Source of the DNA: a virus
Taxonomy: Duplodnaviria > Caudoviricetes
Strand: one strand, 5' to 3'
IMG/VR virus record: IMGVR_UViG_3300020044_000412
Coordinates: 1-24,847 of that record
Length of the DNA: 24,847 bases
Shown here: piece by piece, positions 17,236-24,847 of the stretch
Layout of the letters: each line of letters opens with the position of its first letter
Position numbering within the stretch: the first letter of the stretch is position 1
Program-made: the position numbers and the translations under genes
Notes under the pieces: model-generated
Told to the model about the DNA's origin: nothing
Database searches by the model: none
The model's input: the letters and a program-made list of their open reading frames with translations, nothing else

Positions 17236-17413
17236 GTTTTTTCCTTCTAAAGACACACTGTACTGTGTCTGTTTCCCATATACGTATTGCAGTCCAAACA
17301 ATGGTAAGCACTGCAGCAATGGCTGGTAATAACTCAGCTAACGTACCGACAACCGTAAGGATTGATATGGCATCGCCTAACTGTTTGACTTGTTCATCAG
17401 CTTGGAGAGCCAT
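17210..17413 (-). CDS. Small membrane protein (holin-like), 67 aa
   Basis: Hydrophobic AISILTVVGTLAELLPAIAAVLTIVWTAIRIWE with a charged tail; TGATG coupling. Confidence 0.7.
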   Translation of the reverse strand: MALQADEQVKQLGDAISILTVVGTLAELLPAIAAVLTIVWTAIRIWETDTVQCVFRRKKHETKTKED

Positions 17414-17583
17414 CAATGTTTCCCTTTTAGTTCGTTAACGTGTTTCCACAGCTCAGTGATTTGTTTATCGTAACCTTTCTCAAGGTAATCAACCCTTACT
17501 TTGATGGTTACTGCGTATGCTGCTATTGCTACTATTGCTGCCCCTAGATACCATAATTTACCTAAAAGCTCCATAGCTTCCAT
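17413..17583 (-). CDS. Single-TM plus coiled-coil protein, 56 aa (not in ORF track)
   Basis: AGGTGA SD; MEAMELLGKLWYLGAAIVAIAAYAVTIKVRVDYLEKGYDKQITELWKHVNELKGKH; stop overlaps the next ATG. Confidence 0.8.
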   Translation of the reverse strand: MEAMELLGKLWYLGAAIVAIAAYAVTIKVRVDYLEKGYDKQITELWKHVNELKGKH

Positions 17584-17591
17584 GATGTCAC

Positions 17592-18254
17592 CTATACGGG
17601 AACTTTACGAATAGCTCTAATTGCTTGAGTATTGTTTTTAGCAAAAGTGTTGTCCAAACCATCTGCAAAATCTTTTCTATAGGCAGCGGTTGATCCACTC
17701 CCACCACTGGTAGATGTCCAGTGTCTTAGTGTATTTGTAAAAAACTCTGATCCAGTGGATTGGAAGGCAGCTACAGAGGTCTGCGCTGGATCGCCGGTTG
17801 TATAGTTACTTCTTGGAGGGACAGCATATGAGTTAGCACCGTAAGATGTGCTGTTGGCCGTTGTTGTAGGCTTGAGGTTGTAGTAACAAATCTCTAATTC
17901 GTACCTCGAAGGAAGATACCAATCCGAGTAACCGTTAATCGTTAGCGCAGCACACCATTGTGCAGCAGGATAAGTAGCTGAGTCTAACTCTGCTGTGTTG
18001 GTTGCGCCATCGTATTCAGACAATCCAAGGGAGTCTGTTGTAGCAGCAGTCTTGTATTGAATAGAACTATTGTATCCAGAGGCTTTAGGGGAGACTAACA
18101 GGTAGTAAGTGTTACCACCAAAGGCTATTTGCCCTGCGTAGTAACCACCCTCCCAAAACTCACCAATGGCTGTTGGGCCTTGCGTTCTTGTGCCAATACC
18201 AAACGATCCAAATCCCTGGGCAGAAGAACTACCTAATGCCTGGATGATAGGCAT
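17592..18254 (-). CDS. Lcl/DUF1566-like (C-type lectin fold) putative receptor-binding protein
   Basis: GGYYAG, DGATNT, INGYSDWYLPSRYEL, HWTST and terminal IRAIRK motifs. Confidence 0.75.
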   Translation of the reverse strand: MPIIQALGSSSAQGFGSFGIGTRTQGPTAIGEFWEGGYYAGQIAFGGNTYYLLVSPKASGYNSSIQYKTAATTDSLGLSEYDGATNTAELDSATYPAAQWCAALTINGYSDWYLPSRYELEICYYNLKPTTTANSTSYGANSYAVPPRSNYTTGDPAQTSVAAFQSTGSEFFTNTLRHWTSTSGGSGSTAAYRKDFADGLDNTFAKNNTQAIRAIRKVPV

Positions 18255-18817
18255 TATGCAAACCTAGTTTGAGAAGCCAAGACCGTAAACGTAGCCGATC
18301 CTGTCTTGATGATGGAGTAGGAGTAAACGTCTATAGAAGAAGCGTTACCCGCAGTAGGAGCAGTACCACCTAGCCACTTAGGAACTACGTTATTACCGTC
18401 GACTTGCACAGCACTATTGTAGTAAGCAGGGCTTCCATTAGTCACCAGAAAGGCGCAGGTTAAGACTTCGCCTGTAGCCATTGCAGTATTCAACGAAGTA
18501 CCTGAAGAGGCTCTAAAGTTGACTGTGAAGTTCCCAGAGGCATTCGTTGTGTAGTACAGGACACCTTGAGTTGTTGTGTCGAAGTTGATCGTACCTGTCG
18601 CTGCTGTTGCTGAGACTGTGATGGTCTCAACCACACCCTGTAGCTTTGCACCGATCTGAGATGAAGTGGATGCTAGTGCTAACTGTTTAGCAAAGGTTGC
18701 AGCCTGTGAAGATGAAATAGTGAGTGCTGTTGTACCTGCTGTCTTGATCTCAAGAACGTCTGTGTTGTCAGACGTAATCGAGGTTCCAGCAGTAGCAGCA
18801 TTGAGGACATTAGCCAT
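18254..18817 (-). CDS. Tail fibre adapter/distal subunit, 187 aa
   Basis: T/A/S-rich beta sequence ending PKWLGGTAPTAGNASSIDVYSYSIIKTGSATFTVLASQTRFA; TAATG-coupled to the lectin-fold gene. Confidence 0.65.
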   Translation of the reverse strand: MANVLNAATAGTSITSDNTDVLEIKTAGTTALTISSSQAATFAKQLALASTSSQIGAKLQGVVETITVSATAATGTINFDTTTQGVLYYTTNASGNFTVNFRASSGTSLNTAMATGEVLTCAFLVTNGSPAYYNSAVQVDGNNVVPKWLGGTAPTAGNASSIDVYSYSIIKTGSATFTVLASQTRFA

Positions 18818-19172
18818 TATTTACCTCAACCCAGTTAACGGTTGCTTCGTCCCAACTGTACATCTTTCCGTCCGTAGGCATCGCTACTGGAGCCTCCCAC
18901 TGTGCGTTAGCGTTAAGTAGCCAACTAGCAAAAGGCTTAGGCGGTACAAAAGCGTCTATATCTTCGCGGTAGGTGTAGCCAATCCCTGCGTAGTTCTTAC
19001 GCATGTTGCCGTTGTAGCTTGTCTGCTTCCAAGTACCACCTAGAATCTTCTCTAGGTGTGCAGCGCCGATATGCTCTTTCTCAACACCGGAAGCGTCAGA
19101 GGTATCTTTGTTATCGACAACTACCACCTGAGTAACGATGTTGTTTTCATCGATCTTTGCGAAATGTGCCAT
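18810..19172 (-). CDS. Tail-fibre-associated protein (MAHFA type), 120 aa
   Basis: MAHFAKIDENNIVTQVVVV, WKQTSYN, RKNYAGIGYTY, DAFVPPKPFASW, YSWDE; Trp/Pro pattern resembling fibre-assembly proteins; GGAGG SD. Confidence 0.7.
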   Translation of the reverse strand: MAHFAKIDENNIVTQVVVVDNKDTSDASGVEKEHIGAAHLEKILGGTWKQTSYNGNMRKNYAGIGYTYREDIDAFVPPKPFASWLLNANAQWEAPVAMPTDGKMYSWDEATVNWVEVNNG

Positions 19173-19774
19173 TACGCCTCCAGCTTTAATCCGGTTAAAT
19201 CCATTTCCTCCCCGACAACACCGACAGGGAAGGTATTAAACGATAGTGAAATCCGAGTGTCATCGCCCTCAACAGTCGGAACCATATGGGTTAGCGATGA
19301 AGGAAACAGAATCAGCCTGCCTGCATAAGCCTCAAACCACCAAGACTCTGAGTTGTACGGGTTCCATGTCTCAGGTGGAAATTTGATCTGCTGCCAACCA
19401 TCTTTGTAGAAGTAAATCTTGTCGTTAGGGTTCGTCTGAACGTAGAACACACCTGAGATGTAGCTATTAGGGTGAGCATGTTTATGATGGTATTGCCCTG
19501 GTTCTGAGTAATTGCACCAACTTTGAGTGACTCTCAGGCTGACATTGTGCTTGGGATTGACTGTGCTTTTGAAGTAATCCGATACCGCATCTTCTACGAA
19601 TGAACGTAGGCTTGTCAGCGCAGGGTCGCGCAGCACAAAGTTGTTCGTGCTTGTGGTGTTCCCCATGTTGGGTCTTGTTGGCAACTCACGGATGAAGAAC
19701 AACTCTTCATCGCTTAAGGGTCTGCCAAGCTCCGCAAAGCCTACAGGGGTTGGAAACAGATTATGCAATTGCAT
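19172..19774 (-). CDS. 2OG-Fe(II) oxygenase superfamily protein (TIGR02466-like)
   Basis: LFPTP N-terminus, SWCN, HAHPNSYISGVFY (HxH), LILFPSSLTHMV (distal His), RISLSFN (2OG-binding RxS). Confidence 0.9.
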   Translation of the reverse strand: MQLHNLFPTPVGFAELGRPLSDEELFFIRELPTRPNMGNTTSTNNFVLRDPALTSLRSFVEDAVSDYFKSTVNPKHNVSLRVTQSWCNYSEPGQYHHKHAHPNSYISGVFYVQTNPNDKIYFYKDGWQQIKFPPETWNPYNSESWWFEAYAGRLILFPSSLTHMVPTVEGDDTRISLSFNTFPVGVVGEEMDLTGLKLEA

Positions 19775-20015
19775 CTTCGATTTCCTTTTGCCGTATGCCC
19801 ATTTCCTCTAATTGCTCTGGTAGCCAAATCGTAGGAATCATTTCCTCAAACTCTTTGATCTTGTCCATCACCCAATAGACCTCTTCTATGCTTGGGCATG
19901 GCCGTGGATCATCCCATCTCGTAAAGACGTTGTTACTAATTTCCCACTTTGCACCTGGACGTAGTAGGTGCATTGCTGTATCAATCCCCAGAAACCTAAA
20001 TACCTTTGTTGTCAT
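19761..20015 (-). CDS. Small XkdW-like tail-fibre accessory protein, 84 aa
   Basis: AMHLLRPGAKWEI...WDDPRPCPSIEEV; GAGG SD; directly after the Gly-rich adhesin gene. Confidence 0.6.
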   Translation of the reverse strand: MTTKVFRFLGIDTAMHLLRPGAKWEISNNVFTRWDDPRPCPSIEEVYWVMDKIKEFEEMIPTIWLPEQLEEMGIRQKEIEDAIA

Positions 20016-20023
20016 AGACCCTC

Positions 20024-21703
20024 TTATTGATTTATTTTTATGATGACGATACCGGAGCCGCCTGCGCCTGCTGATTGGCCAGGGGCCACAACACCTATGC
20101 CACCGCCACCGCCACCTGTATTAGCTGTTCCTGACGTTCCTGTACCACCTGTACCACCAGCACCGCCACCACCAGCTCCACCAGAACCGGCTGTTGGGCC
20201 TGTATAAGCGCCACCTCCACCACCGCCTGCATAGGTTACCGATGAGCCAGTAATCGTAGATGCTTGTCCAGCACCTCCGTTACCACCAGAACCAGGAACA
20301 GTTCCATTACTGCCAGCGGCACTAGCCCCACCACCACCACCAGCATTAAATGCTACGCCTGTCCCACCATCAAAACCTTGATAAGCAACCGCTGGAGCGC
20401 CATTACCTCCAGCAGAAGGTTGACTTGGTGTGTTACCGATTCCTTTAGTGCCACTGCCTCTTGCGCCACCACCAGACCCACCGTTACCACCGTTATCTTG
20501 AGCATATGGATTACCAGCACCTTTACCGCCACCAGCAGAAACAATACCAGGGGATGCAAAAGGGGATGGGCTTGAACCACCGACTATAGAAGAGCTACCG
20601 CCCTGAGTTGCTGCGGTTGTAGCAGCAACCGCAGCCGTTCCACCTGAACCAACAGTAATGACGTATTCAGTTCCAGCGGAAACGCTTGCGGCAGTTCCTG
20701 TCCTAAAGCCGCCTGCGCCACCGCCGCCACCGGAATTATCACCACCACCACCACCACCACCCGCAACCACAAGATAGTCAACACTGGTAACACCTGTCGG
20801 GCATTTCCAAGTGGTCGTTCCTTTGAACGTAAATACGGTTTGGCTAGCAACGGTGTACTTGAGGATGACGATACCGGAGCCGCCGTTGCCTCCTGCAACA
20901 CCAGCACTTTGATAAGAAGCGCCGCCACCGCCACCGCCGGTATTGACAGTACCTGCTATGCCAGGGTTGTTACCACCAGCAGCGCCAGCATTGCCACCAC
21001 CACCGGAGCCGCCTGTACCTGCGGTTCCACCGGCATATGTTCCGCCACCGCCTCCTCCAGCATACGTTACAGATGATCCAGAAATGGTAGATGCTGTACC
21101 AGCGCCGCCGTTTCCTCCAGTCGTTGATGTAGACGTTACCCCAGCAGCAGAAGAACCTCCACCGCCACCAGACGCAAAGTTAGGCCCTAAATTTACTTGT
21201 CCCCCACCATTATTTCCTTGAGAAGGAGATGTGGCAGGAGTGTTGCCATTTCCTGCTACAGCACCAGAACCTACTGCTGCGCCACCGCCTGATCCACCAT
21301 TCGCCCCGTCTTTTTGTGCGCCACCGCTTCCACCCCCTCCGCCGCCACCATTTGATGTAATGGTGCTAAATACAGAGTTTGATCCGGTGGCTCCTCTTAC
21401 TTGCGTTGCACCGCCATTTCCTCCAGAGCCAACAGTAACCGTGTAATTCCCGTTTCCGTCACCACCGGTTGTGGATACAGCTAATCCCGTTCCTGTCCTA
21501 AAACCACCAGCACCGCCTCCGGCTCCAATCTCTCCACCACCACCCCCGCCCCCAGCCACTACCAAATACTCAACCTCTGTCACTCCAGCAGGGCAAGTCC
21601 ACGTAGAGGTAGCTGTAAAGGTTTGGATGACGGTGTAGCCACCACCGCCGCCTCCTGAACCAGCGAAGGCAGCAGCAATCATTGCACTTAATGCACCAGC
21701 CAT
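20024..21703 (-). CDS. Glycine-rich adhesin with two tandem polyglycine domains, 559 aa
   Basis: Two homologous domains, each TF..T.TW.CP.GVT.V.YLVVAGGGGGG ... GGFRTGT ... STI.GSSVTYAGGGGGG ... NTGGGGGG ... GGSGIVI; GGAG SD. Confidence 0.8.
   Translation of the reverse strand: MAGALSAMIAAAFAGSGGGGGGYTVIQTFTATSTWTCPAGVTEVEYLVVAGGGGGGGEIGAGGGAGGFRTGTGLAVSTTGGDGNGNYTVTVGSGGNGGATQVRGATGSNSVFSTITSNGGGGGGGSGGAQKDGANGGSGGGAAVGSGAVAGNGNTPATSPSQGNNGGGQVNLGPNFASGGGGGSSAAGVTSTSTTGGNGGAGTASTISGSSVTYAGGGGGGTYAGGTAGTGGSGGGGNAGAAGGNNPGIAGTVNTGGGGGGASYQSAGVAGGNGGSGIVILKYTVASQTVFTFKGTTTWKCPTGVTSVDYLVVAGGGGGGGDNSGGGGGAGGFRTGTAASVSAGTEYVITVGSGGTAAVAATTAATQGGSSSIVGGSSPSPFASPGIVSAGGGKGAGNPYAQDNGGNGGSGGGARGSGTKGIGNTPSQPSAGGNGAPAVAYQGFDGGTGVAFNAGGGGGASAAGSNGTVPGSGGNGGAGQASTITGSSVTYAGGGGGGAYTGPTAGSGGAGGGGAGGTGGTGTSGTANTGGGGGGIGVVAPGQSAGAGGSGIVIIKINQ
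20042..20884. repeat. Exact 21-nt direct repeat GATGACGATACCGGAGCCGCC at 20042-20062 and 20864-20884
   Basis: Read directly; encodes GGSGIVI at the end of each domain; spacing 822 nt (274 codons). Confidence 0.9.
20694..21502. repeat. Exact 14-nt direct repeat GTTCCTGTCCTAAA at 20694-20707 and 21489-21502
   Basis: Read directly; encodes FRTG(T) near the start of each domain; spacing 795 nt (265 codons). Confidence 0.85.
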
Positions 21704-21704
21704 A

Positions 21705-22451
21705 TTAGGTCACTCCTGCACCAGAGACATACCACGTATCCGTAGCAACCTTAAGTAAGGTAGCCATTCCCTTTGTCGCCACTGTCCTGTTACCCGTAGC
21801 ACCATTGGCTAACTGAAAGGTAACACCAGCACCAGAGATCGTAAGGTTTCCAGAGTTGTTATTAACGACAAGGATCGTTGTACCGACATCAATCGCCGTA
21901 GTTGCGTTTGTGTTTACCGTAAGGGTTGCTGTAGAGCCACCAGTGAAGTAAATATGCTTACCTGCATCGCTTGCAGCCACAGTCGTATTCGTGCTCTGTG
22001 GAGCGCCGATATAACCAACCTTGTTAGTACCATCTACCGTACAGTTACTTAGATTACCCGATGTAGGTGTTCCTAAGATCGGAGTTACTAAGGTAGGTGT
22101 ATTAGCAAAAACATTAGCACCTGTACCTGTCTCATCCGTAAGCGCTGCTGCTAAGTTTGCAGACGATGGTGTGGCTAGGAAGGTAGCTACGTTAGAACCT
22201 AGACCCGATACACCTGAAACTGGTAAGCCTGTACAGTTTGTAAGCGTACCTGACGATGGTGTGCCTAACGCACCGCCAGAGGTTAGTCCTGTAGCAAAGG
22301 TTAGGTTGCCTGAACCATCAGTCTGTAGAAACTGATTAGCACTACCGTCTGTGCCAGGAAGCGTAAAGGTTGTGTTGCTGCTGGTATTGGCAGATTGGAC
22401 GGTTGTTGTCCCTGTCCCAGAAGCGTTACCCTGAATTTTAAGTTTAGACAT
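21705..22451 (-). CDS. Tail fibre adapter/distal subunit, 248 aa
   Basis: MSKLKIQGNASGTG..TFTLPGTDG..QFLQTDGSGNLTF; LGTPSSGTLTNCT / LGTPTSGNLSNCT repeat; C-terminal MATLLKVATDTWYVSGAGVT. Confidence 0.72.
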   Translation of the reverse strand: MSKLKIQGNASGTGTTTVQSANTSSNTTFTLPGTDGSANQFLQTDGSGNLTFATGLTSGGALGTPSSGTLTNCTGLPVSGVSGLGSNVATFLATPSSANLAAALTDETGTGANVFANTPTLVTPILGTPTSGNLSNCTVDGTNKVGYIGAPQSTNTTVAASDAGKHIYFTGGSTATLTVNTNATTAIDVGTTILVVNNNSGNLTISGAGVTFQLANGATGNRTVATKGMATLLKVATDTWYVSGAGVT

Positions 22452-22457
22452 ATTGTA

Positions 22458-24818
22458 TCACCCTAATACCATCCAAGATTGTCCGTCTGGGACTGTAACT
22501 GCAAAACCAGCCGCTACTGTTACAGGGCTGACAGATAGTCCGTTAGTATTACTTGTTAGTGTTACGTTTGAAGAAATAAGTATTTGAGACTCTAGAATAG
22601 GGCCACCAGCACCGCCTCCAGTAGCGGACAATGTACCAGCAGAATAGCTTAAGCCAGAGCCAACAGTAACGTTAGCAAAGCCACCAGAGCCATCATTAGC
22701 TAGTAATTGTGCTGCTGTGCCTGTCGTTGAAGAACCACCTGCTGGTGTATCCCAAGCAAAGGCAGTACCATTCCACTTAAGGTAAGTATTCGATGTTGTA
22801 GGTGCTGTAGCAAATGTTGTTGTACCAGAACCACTCTGATACACAATACGATTAGCACCACCACCAGTGATTGCTGCTGTGGTTCCTGAAGAACCAGTGA
22901 TATCAATACCCCAAGTACCAGTAGCATTAGTACCTGTAATGGAAGGAGCACCTACTGTATTATAACTGATTGTACGTGCTACAGAACCATCAAAGGTTAC
23001 CGTTGGTGTGTCGCCACCACTGCTTGAGAATGTTGCTGCATTGGTTGTTGTACCGCCACCACCTGATACAGCAGCCCAACTTAGTACAGAGCCATCCCAC
23101 TTAAGGTAAGTATTAGATACTGTAGGAGCTGCTACGAATGTTGTTGTTCCTGATCCACTTTGATAAGGAATACGATTTGCTGCGCCACCAGCTAAGTTAG
23201 TTGCTGTGGTAGCTGTCGTTGCTGATGTAGCAGAGGTTGCTGTAGCAGCGTTACCTGTGATGTCAATAGACCATGTACCTGAAGCATCTCCGCCTGTTCT
23301 TGTAGGTACATTAAGGTTTGCTCTAGCATTTGCTTCAGTGGTTGCGTTAGTACCACCTTTGTTGATAGGTACAGCAGAATCTAATGTAATGTTTGGTGTT
23401 GCACCACCAGAGGATGCTAAAGGAGCTGAAGCTGTAACAGAACTAACACCACCACCAGTACCACTAGTGGCTGCTGTGATACGACCTTGAGCATCAACTG
23501 TGATGTTAGCGTTGGTGTAAGAACCAGCAGTAACAGCAGTATTTGTAAGACTGATTGAACGATCTGTACTTAGATCACCACCACCTGATAAACCTGTACC
23601 AGCGCTAAGACTACGTGTTGTCGGTACAGCACCAATACTTGCTGGTGTGATGGATGCGTTTGAAGCTGCTGTAATCCTTCCCTGTGCGTCAACTGTGAAT
23701 GTAGCTACTTGCGAAGTACTACCATAACTGGTAGCAGTAACACCTGTGTTGGTCAGGCTAATCGAACGATCAGAACTAAGATCACCTCCTCCCGTCAGAC
23801 CACTTCCAACTGAGATGGTCCTTGTTGATGGAACAGCGCCAATACCTGAAGCAGTAATGCTTGTATTTGATGCTGATGTCAACCTACCTTGTGCATCTAC
23901 AGTAAAGGTTGCTACTTGAGAACCTGAACCATAAGAACCAGCTGTGACTGCTGTGTTAGCTAATGCTACAGTACCTGATGTTGTTATCGTACCACCGCTA
24001 AGACCTGTACCAGCAGTTATCGATGTAACTGTCCCTGTACCTGTAATGGTAGCATATTCAAGACCTGTACCGCCTGTGTTAACACGAACAACTTGACCTG
24101 CTGTGCCTAAAGCAGTTAATCCAGTACCACCGTTAGCGACAGGCAATGCAGAGCCTGAATAGCTAACAGCTAATGTACCAGAGGAAGTAATAGGAGTACC
24201 ACTAACACTTAAGAAACCAGGAACAGTCATCGCTACAGAGGATACAGTACCCCCTACAGCTTGCCATTTAAGACCTGATGTTTCAGTAGAGTCAGCAGCT
24301 AGTACGTAACCATCCGTACCTTTTGGTAAGCGAACATTGTCACTACCATTGTGAACAATGATATCGCCTTTAGTTGTTGTTGGAGATAAAGCATCAAATG
24401 CTTCAGTCTTTGTTGTTTGACCAGTACCACCATTAGCGATAGCTACTGTACCGCTTACGTTAGTTGCTGTTGTTGCTGATGTCGCAGTAGCAGCATTACC
24501 TGTAATAGCAATGTTCCATGTACCGCTAGCTCCTGTGCCAGTAGTAGATGGAACACCTAAATTAGTTCTTGCTGTTGCTGCATCAGAAGCACCAGTACCA
24601 CCGTCTGCTACAGCAAGATCGGTAATACCAGCAATAGAGCCGCCAGTAATCGCTACAGCATTAGCTTCTTGATTCCCTAGAGAACCAACAACCTTTTGTA
24701 CCGTTGATCCATCACCAACATAGAGTTTCTTGTCCGTTGTGTTAACGGCTAATTGTCTATTCTCTAGTGAGGTAGGTACTGACCCTGCTGTAGAAGATCC
24801 TTTGATCTTAACCGCCAT
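22458..24818 (-). CDS. Long tail fibre with Mtd-N-like attachment domain, 786 aa
   Basis: N-terminal SSTAGSVPTSLENRQLAVNTTDKKLYVGDG; ADGGTGAS..ARTNLG, ANGGTG and VDAQGR repeats; C-terminal SPVTVAAGFAVTVPDGQSWMVL; GAGG SD. Confidence 0.85.
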   Translation of the reverse strand: MAVKIKGSSTAGSVPTSLENRQLAVNTTDKKLYVGDGSTVQKVVGSLGNQEANAVAITGGSIAGITDLAVADGGTGASDAATARTNLGVPSTTGTGASGTWNIAITGNAATATSATTATNVSGTVAIANGGTGQTTKTEAFDALSPTTTKGDIIVHNGSDNVRLPKGTDGYVLAADSTETSGLKWQAVGGTVSSVAMTVPGFLSVSGTPITSSGTLAVSYSGSALPVANGGTGLTALGTAGQVVRVNTGGTGLEYATITGTGTVTSITAGTGLSGGTITTSGTVALANTAVTAGSYGSGSQVATFTVDAQGRLTSASNTSITASGIGAVPSTRTISVGSGLTGGGDLSSDRSISLTNTGVTATSYGSTSQVATFTVDAQGRITAASNASITPASIGAVPTTRSLSAGTGLSGGGDLSTDRSISLTNTAVTAGSYTNANITVDAQGRITAATSGTGGGVSSVTASAPLASSGGATPNITLDSAVPINKGGTNATTEANARANLNVPTRTGGDASGTWSIDITGNAATATSATSATTATTATNLAGGAANRIPYQSGSGTTTFVAAPTVSNTYLKWDGSVLSWAAVSGGGGTTTNAATFSSSGGDTPTVTFDGSVARTISYNTVGAPSITGTNATGTWGIDITGSSGTTAAITGGGANRIVYQSGSGTTTFATAPTTSNTYLKWNGTAFAWDTPAGGSSTTGTAAQLLANDGSGGFANVTVGSGLSYSAGTLSATGGGAGGPILESQILISSNVTLTSNTNGLSVSPVTVAAGFAVTVPDGQSWMVLG
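23460..24020 (-). repeat. Three degenerate 65-69 aa fibre repeats (GxGLxGG...NTxVTAxSY...TVDAQGR)
   Basis: VDAQGR codons at 23883-23900, 23676-23693 and 23481-23498 (spacing 207 and 195 nt); synonymous sites have diverged. Confidence 0.85.
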
Positions 24819-24847
24819 GTCTAGTCCTCTTTAGCGTTTTTAGCGAC

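Larger units (their letters stand above)
1..24847. mobile_element. Bacteriophage genome segment (lytic podovirus, T7/P22-like organisation)
   Basis: Only phage-type genes, tightly packed with TAATG/ATGA/TGATG couplings; replication arm on + converges on the structural/lysis arm on -; no host genes, integrase or att site in the window. Confidence 0.95.

Noticed and set aside
20264-23490. Several Pro-rich or Thr-rich alternative-frame ORFs over the adhesin and fibre genes
   Set aside because: Shadows of low-complexity Gly/Thr coding sequence.
17592-24847. Complete DGR or invertible shufflon
   Set aside because: No reverse transcriptase, template repeat, recombinase or inverted cassette seen; all genes are co-oriented.
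1-24847. Alternative genetic code or tRNA genes
   Set aside because: TAA, TAG and TGA all end genes cleanly at couplings; no intergenic gap is large enough for a tRNA cloverleaf.
24821-24847. 3' end of an upstream - strand gene (VAKNAKED-stop)
   Set aside because: Plausible but only nine codons are visible, too little to call.

Overview
The window is a gene-dense segment of a lytic, T7/P22-like podovirus genome with two convergent arms. The + arm (1-6949) covers replication and nucleotide metabolism: the C-terminal part of a family A DNA polymerase (T7-like Tyr in motif B), an SSB behind a near-consensus sigma70 promoter, a 5'-3' exonuclease, a PD-(D/E)xK resolvase, ThyX, a DEDDy/Zn-ribbon exonuclease, DUF3310 and a class II ribonucleotide reductase. 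The - arm (24818-6806) is the late region: tail fibre, a receptor-binding cassette, a cluster of tiny membrane and basic proteins, tail adaptor and nozzle, three internal virion proteins, holin and GH24 endolysin, ending at an intrinsic terminator. Four things stand out. (1) The receptor-binding cassette appears to hold two adapter+adhesin pairs (tandem polyglycine adhesin; Lcl/DUF1566 lectin-fold adhesin) with an HxH-type 2OG-Fe(II) oxygenase and two small accessory genes translationally coupled between them. (2) Exact in-frame 21-nt and 14-nt DNA blocks bracket the divergent cores of the two polyglycine domains, suggesting domain shuffling. (3) An unannotated 57-aa + strand gene overlaps the endolysin 3' end antisense by 144 nt. 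(4) Several short genes are missed by the ORF track. All family calls come from motif recognition by eye; no searches were run.
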